Shown here: positions 60,164-64,000 of the stretch, one piece after another | Position numbering within the stretch: position 1 is the stretch's first letter | Layout of the letters: each line of letters begins with the position of its first letter | NCBI GenBank assembly: GCA_047601445.1 | Contig: JASGJH010000001.1 | Coordinates: 4,320,001-4,384,000 of the forward strand | Reading direction: 5' to 3' | Origin: Myxococcales bacterium | GTDB lineage: Bacteria > Myxococcota_A > Polyangia > Polyangiales > DASUME01 | DNA: 64,000 nucleotides | The notes under the pieces: model-generated | The model's input: only the letters and a program-made list of their open reading frames with translations | Database searches by the model: none | Told to the model about the DNA's origin: nothing | Position numbers and translations under genes: made by a program

Positions 60164-62617
60164 CTAGGCCCTGCGCGCTGTCGCAATCCATTGCGTGGCG
60201 TGCGGGGTCGAACCGTCGGTACACGTTGAGGCCAGCTCCTCGCGGACGCGGTAGCCACGGCGGAGCCATCGGATACTGCCGTGAAGGTATTGTCGCACGA
60301 GCGTGTGAAGAGGCTCTTCAGCCCGAGGTCGACTTCGCCTCAGCTCCACCTGCTGAAAGCCAGCGCTTTCGAGCATGCTGCGGAGAGCCCCGCTAGTCAT
60401 CCCCATCGTCTTGGTCTTCACAGACTCGCCGCAGGCTTCATAAATGGCAGCATAGGCAGGGCTGTCTTGTGTCCAGACCCCTACGACCAGCCTACCCGAT
60501 GGCTCGAGAAGGTCGTGGAGCCGTGCAAGCGCCGTCCCGGCGTGCTCGCCAAGGTGTTGGATCAGGTGCTGCGCAAAGATCACGTCGTAGCGCTGCGCGG
60601 CTTGGACCTTGAGGACGTCGTTGACAGCGTACTCAATTTTGCGAGCGCCCCTGACCTCGTGCGCAACTCGAATGGCGTCGCGACTCGAATCGAATCCGTG
60701 GATTGCAGCGGAGCGGAATTTGTCAGCTGCGACGCGTGCAACGATGCCGGAACCGCAGCCCGCGTCCAAGATATATCGGGGCTTGGAGAGGTCGGAGCAA
60801 GCGTTCAACAGCTCCCTAGCGCACGGCAGGAACAGCGACTGTACCAGGCCGGCCTCCAGGTTGCGCTCCTTCACGAGCATGCTCGCGCGGTCGCGGTGTG
60901 CGCGTTGGCGCAGCACCGTGGCGAGCGCTTCGTTTCCCGCCAGTAGTTTGGCCGTTCCTTTCAGTTGGCTTTTCGCCTGCGCACCCTTAAGCAGAGACGA
61001 GAGTGCTCGAGGCTCGGTCCTATCGCCGTTGCTCAGCCTGACTTCGACGTGGTAGTCGTCCCAGGTGAAAAGCGACACGCGAAACGGCTGCTTCTTCTCG
61101 TGGCCGCGAAGAGCACGTCGCAGGAGCTGATAGCCCGAAGAACTCCTACGCCAGTACGTGACTTCGTCGACATCATCGGGTGCGTCCGCGATCCAGAGCT
61201 TGAGCTCGCGGCAGTAAAGTCTTGCCCCATTGTGCGAGCAATCGTCGACTACCCCTCCAGCCTCGACCACGATTCGGAACGAACCAGCGGGAGCAGGAGG
61301 AATTGCCTTGTGAGCCGCCCCGGTAATTGCCTCAGCCGCTTCAGGTCGCAGGCGTTCCGACTCGAGGTCGGCCGCCCCAGCCTGGCGTTGAAGCAGCGCG
61401 CTATGCAGCTTCGGAGAATGCTTCGCAAGAGGGCTCTCACCGCCCGTGCGGCAAACTACGCGGTGAAAGGCACGCGGTATCCCTTCACCGCGGAACGTAA
61501 CGAGATAGAGCGGCCCCTCCCGTCGTGTCTGGTCGAGGAGCACCACGTGATCGGGCTCTCCCTGCTCATAGCGAAACCGGCCCCCGCTGACGCGAAGCAC
61601 CCTCCAGGCGAGGAGGCGATGCAGCGGTTGCGTCCGAAAGGACATGGGGTTGGGGGAGCGTCCACGCCAGGTCACATCGATGCCTGGCCGCAGGTTACTC
61701 TCGAGAAACTCATCCAGATCCTTCCACGACGTCTTGAGCAACCCGTACTTCTCGAAAACCAACGCGGAGCGGTCGAGGCTATGGTGTTCGTTGCCTCCTG
61801 CCTCGGCCACCTTCCATTCGAGATCCACAATCGTTGTTCTCACCGGCTCGAGAATCGAGCAGGCGTGGTCAAGGAAGGGCCCGTGATCGAAGTTGACCAA
61901 CGTCGCCCGCAAGAAGTCCACGGCGCCCCCGTCTCCATCGCCACAGATCAACAGCTTTGTATGCTTGTCCAAGGTCTCGAGCGGATGCTGCGCCAACGCG
62001 TCCATCTGCCAGTAGGACAGGCGTGGCAGCGTGGGCAAGGTGCGCTCGATTCCGAATCCGAGCGCGAGCACCACCACTTCAGGCGGTTTCGGATACTTGC
62101 CGCCAGTGAGGCCCACGAGCTCGACTTTGCCGTCCCGTGTCAGGCGAAAGTCGGTGATCTGCCGCGGCATCGCGCCCATGAGTGCTTCGTACTGCGTGAC
62201 AATCTGCGTGCGTACGTCGTGGGCGCTTCCCGCGAACCAGTTCAGGATCGGCAGGTTCGCCGAAGCCATCGTACTATGCTCCGCGGGCCATTCGACGATG
62301 CGAGGATGCAGGAATCGATGGTGGCAACCTAGCTGCAGGTGCATCGGCTCAGCCGCGCGATCGAACACCTCGACCTTGGCACCAAGCACGCGAAGAGCAG
62401 CAGCACAGGTCAACCCACCAGCACCGGATCCAATGACCCATGCGCGCTTGCCCTCGACTAACTTGGCTTCATGGAGTGCCCAGACCAGATTGAGAGCGCG
62501 GCATTGCTGCGCCGCGACATTGATGCGCGGGCGGCGCTCGCTAAAGAGGACAAAGACGTTGTCACATCCATCCACCGAGGCTTCCTGCCTGAGCCGCTCG
62601 CTGTCGCTGTCCATCAT
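60164..62617 (-). CDS. FAD/NAD(P)-binding oxidoreductase fused to a pYEATS-like domain and a class I SAM methyltransferase
   Basis: QQCRALNL, VIGSGAGG, LALGFG, CGDGDGG; middle DEVTY...FTWDDYHVEV; C-terminal ILDAGCGSG. Confidence 0.7.
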   Translation of the reverse strand: MMDSDSERLRQEASVDGCDNVFVLFSERRPRINVAAQQCRALNLVWALHEAKLVEGKRAWVIGSGAGGLTCAAALRVLGAKVEVFDRAAEPMHLQLGCHHRFLHPRIVEWPAEHSTMASANLPILNWFAGSAHDVRTQIVTQYEALMGAMPRQITDFRLTRDGKVELVGLTGGKYPKPPEVVVLALGFGIERTLPTLPRLSYWQMDALAQHPLETLDKHTKLLICGDGDGGAVDFLRATLVNFDHGPFLDHACSILEPVRTTIVDLEWKVAEAGGNEHHSLDRSALVFEKYGLLKTSWKDLDEFLESNLRPGIDVTWRGRSPNPMSFRTQPLHRLLAWRVLRVSGGRFRYEQGEPDHVVLLDQTRREGPLYLVTFRGEGIPRAFHRVVCRTGGESPLAKHSPKLHSALLQRQAGAADLESERLRPEAAEAITGAAHKAIPPAPAGSFRIVVEAGGVVDDCSHNGARLYCRELKLWIADAPDDVDEVTYWRRSSSGYQLLRRALRGHEKKQPFRVSLFTWDDYHVEVRLSNGDRTEPRALSSLLKGAQAKSQLKGTAKLLAGNEALATVLRQRAHRDRASMLVKERNLEAGLVQSLFLPCARELLNACSDLSKPRYILDAGCGSGIVARVAADKFRSAAIHGFDSSRDAIRVAHEVRGARKIEYAVNDVLKVQAAQRYDVIFAQHLIQHLGEHAGTALARLHDLLEPSGRLVVGVWTQDSPAYAAIYEACGESVKTKTMGMTSGALRSMLESAGFQQVELRRSRPRAEEPLHTLVRQYLHGSIRWLRRGYRVREELASTCTDGSTPHATQWIATARRA

Positions 62618-62983
62618 GCCATCGACCTCTTTGCCAGTTCCCTACATTGATTGGCACGCTCATGTCCTTACTTGTTTGAGCGCGAGCAAGAAATGCCTAA
62701 GCCGCGGCATTGCCTCTAGGACGCCGTGGTTCCCCGCGAGGAGTCGCTGCGCACAACGCCTCTCCGCGTTCCGAGAGCTGCTTCGCCAACGGACGCCCTC
62801 ATGAGCTCGGACCAGTCGGAAGCCAGCGCGAATCAGCGGCAGGGTCGCGAATAGTCAATCATTCGCCGTCGACTGGTCCGCCGTCGAATGATCCAGCGGC
62901 GAGTTTCGGTCGAGGGGAATTCAGCGCCGTGGCCCGCGTATGCCACCGCACTAGCCCTGGAGATCTGCGTGCCGCTCCCACGT

Positions 62984-64000
62984 GTGACCGCGAAACAGAT
63001 CCGCTACCTGGCTCTCGAAGGCGGTGGCGGCAAGGGAAACGCGTTCGCGGGTGCGCTACGCGCGCTGGCCGATCCGCGCGTAGGTGAAGACGGGCAGGGA
63101 ATCCTGCGCTTCGAGCGCTATCGCCCCGTGTCGTTGAAGGGCTTTTCTGGTGCATCGGCGGGCGCCATCACCAGCTGCATGCTGTCCTGTGGTTTCGATG
63201 GCGAAGAAATCATCGCCATCATGCGCGGACAGAACTTCGACGACTTCTTCGATCCGCTGCGCCCCGGCTACGTGCCTGCGGTCGGACGCTTTGTTGAGAA
63301 GCCCAAGGAGTCTGTGAACCGCGAGCTCCTCGCGCTCGTCAGCTCCCTCTGCAAGCTCCAGACTGGCATCGTGTCGATGCGTGATCTGGCACGAATCTTC
63401 GGCGAGCTCGGACGCTTCGAGCTGCAACGGTTCGGCTCAATCATCGGCGGGCTACTCGCGGTCTTCCCGACCCTTGCAAAGCAGCTCCCTGCCGCCGCAC
63501 GCGTGATCGGCGGAAACGTGGAGGCTGCCGGCCTCTCGCTCGTGCAGGACTTCGGCATCTTTCCGGGCGAGGCGGCGCGACGCTTCATTCACAAATGGGT
63601 CTCCATCGGCGCTGTGCGCGCCACCAGTCCTCAATGGATGGCTCAGATTCCAGGCTGGGATCACGTTGCCGGGGACAGTGTCGAGGCCAGGCGACAACGC
63701 ATTCACTTGTTGTCCGAACACTGGGGCCGCGATGGCAGCAAGTTTCCGATCAATCACGCGCTTTCGGGGATGACATTCGAGGAGCACCAGCGCACCTTCG
63801 GCGTCAAGCTCGCCGTGACAGGAACAGAGCTCGAGACGCTCAAGACACACGTCTTCAGCGCGAACACGACCCCCCAATTCCTGGTCGAGGATGCGGTTCG
63901 CATCTCGATGAGCTTGCCTGGGGTCTTCAAGCCCTATGTGATCCGCGGCGCAGACGCAGAGCGCGCATCGCGCGGAGCGATCGCATCGTTGGAAGGAGTG
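62984..64000 (+). CDS. Patatin-like phospholipase (partial, runs off the window)
   Basis: Manually translated open frame, absent from the ORF track: YLALEGGGGKG, GASAG, LAVTGT, DAVRISMSLPGVFKP. Start is GTG 62984 or ATG 62888. Confidence 0.88.
   Translation, partial: MTAKQIRYLALEGGGGKGNAFAGALRALADPRVGEDGQGILRFERYRPVSLKGFSGASAGAITSCMLSCGFDGEEIIAIMRGQNFDDFFDPLRPGYVPAVGRFVEKPKESVNRELLALVSSLCKLQTGIVSMRDLARIFGELGRFELQRFGSIIGGLLAVFPTLAKQLPAAARVIGGNVEAAGLSLVQDFGIFPGEAARRFIHKWVSIGAVRATSPQWMAQIPGWDHVAGDSVEARRQRIHLLSEHWGRDGSKFPINHALSGMTFEEHQRTFGVKLAVTGTELETLKTHVFSANTTPQFLVEDAVRISMSLPGVFKPYVIRGADAERASRGAIASLEGV

Overview
High-GC bacterial chromosomal window. The gene content (Ser/Thr kinase-AAA fusions, hybrid histidine kinases, Cys-rich lipoproteins, GD-repeat secreted enzymes) suggests a myxobacterium (Myxococcota); this is an inference. 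Bases 1-52 kb are a patchwork of accessory genes: ArsR/SRPBCC, an AAC(3)-I-like acetyltransferase, aqpZ, a porin/PBP/hybrid-kinase module, several peptidases, an ECF42-type sigma/YciI/DoxX set and an orphan sugar-binding protein. Several of these genes carry single-indel frameshifts. The main discovery is a tightly coupled five-gene RiPP-like operon at ~52.9-60.1 kb. It encodes (1) a V8/glutamyl-endopeptidase-type protease with an NHLP-leader-like N-terminus, (2) a 280-aa multicore precursor with six identical 23-aa units RPGGSAAFLDIHYHGKEGISSLP in a 237-bp higher-order tandem repeat, (3,4) two cobalamin-dependent CX7CX2C radical-SAM C-methyltransferases of the PoyB/PoyC/bottromycin-RMT type, and (5) a YydG/EpeE-like radical-SAM enzyme, a candidate epimerase. 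Next to it lie a FAD-oxidoreductase/pYEATS-like/methyltransferase fusion and a patatin gene that runs off the window. No rRNA, tRNA, CRISPR array or transposase was recognised. All family assignments come from motif recognition by eye; no searches were run.
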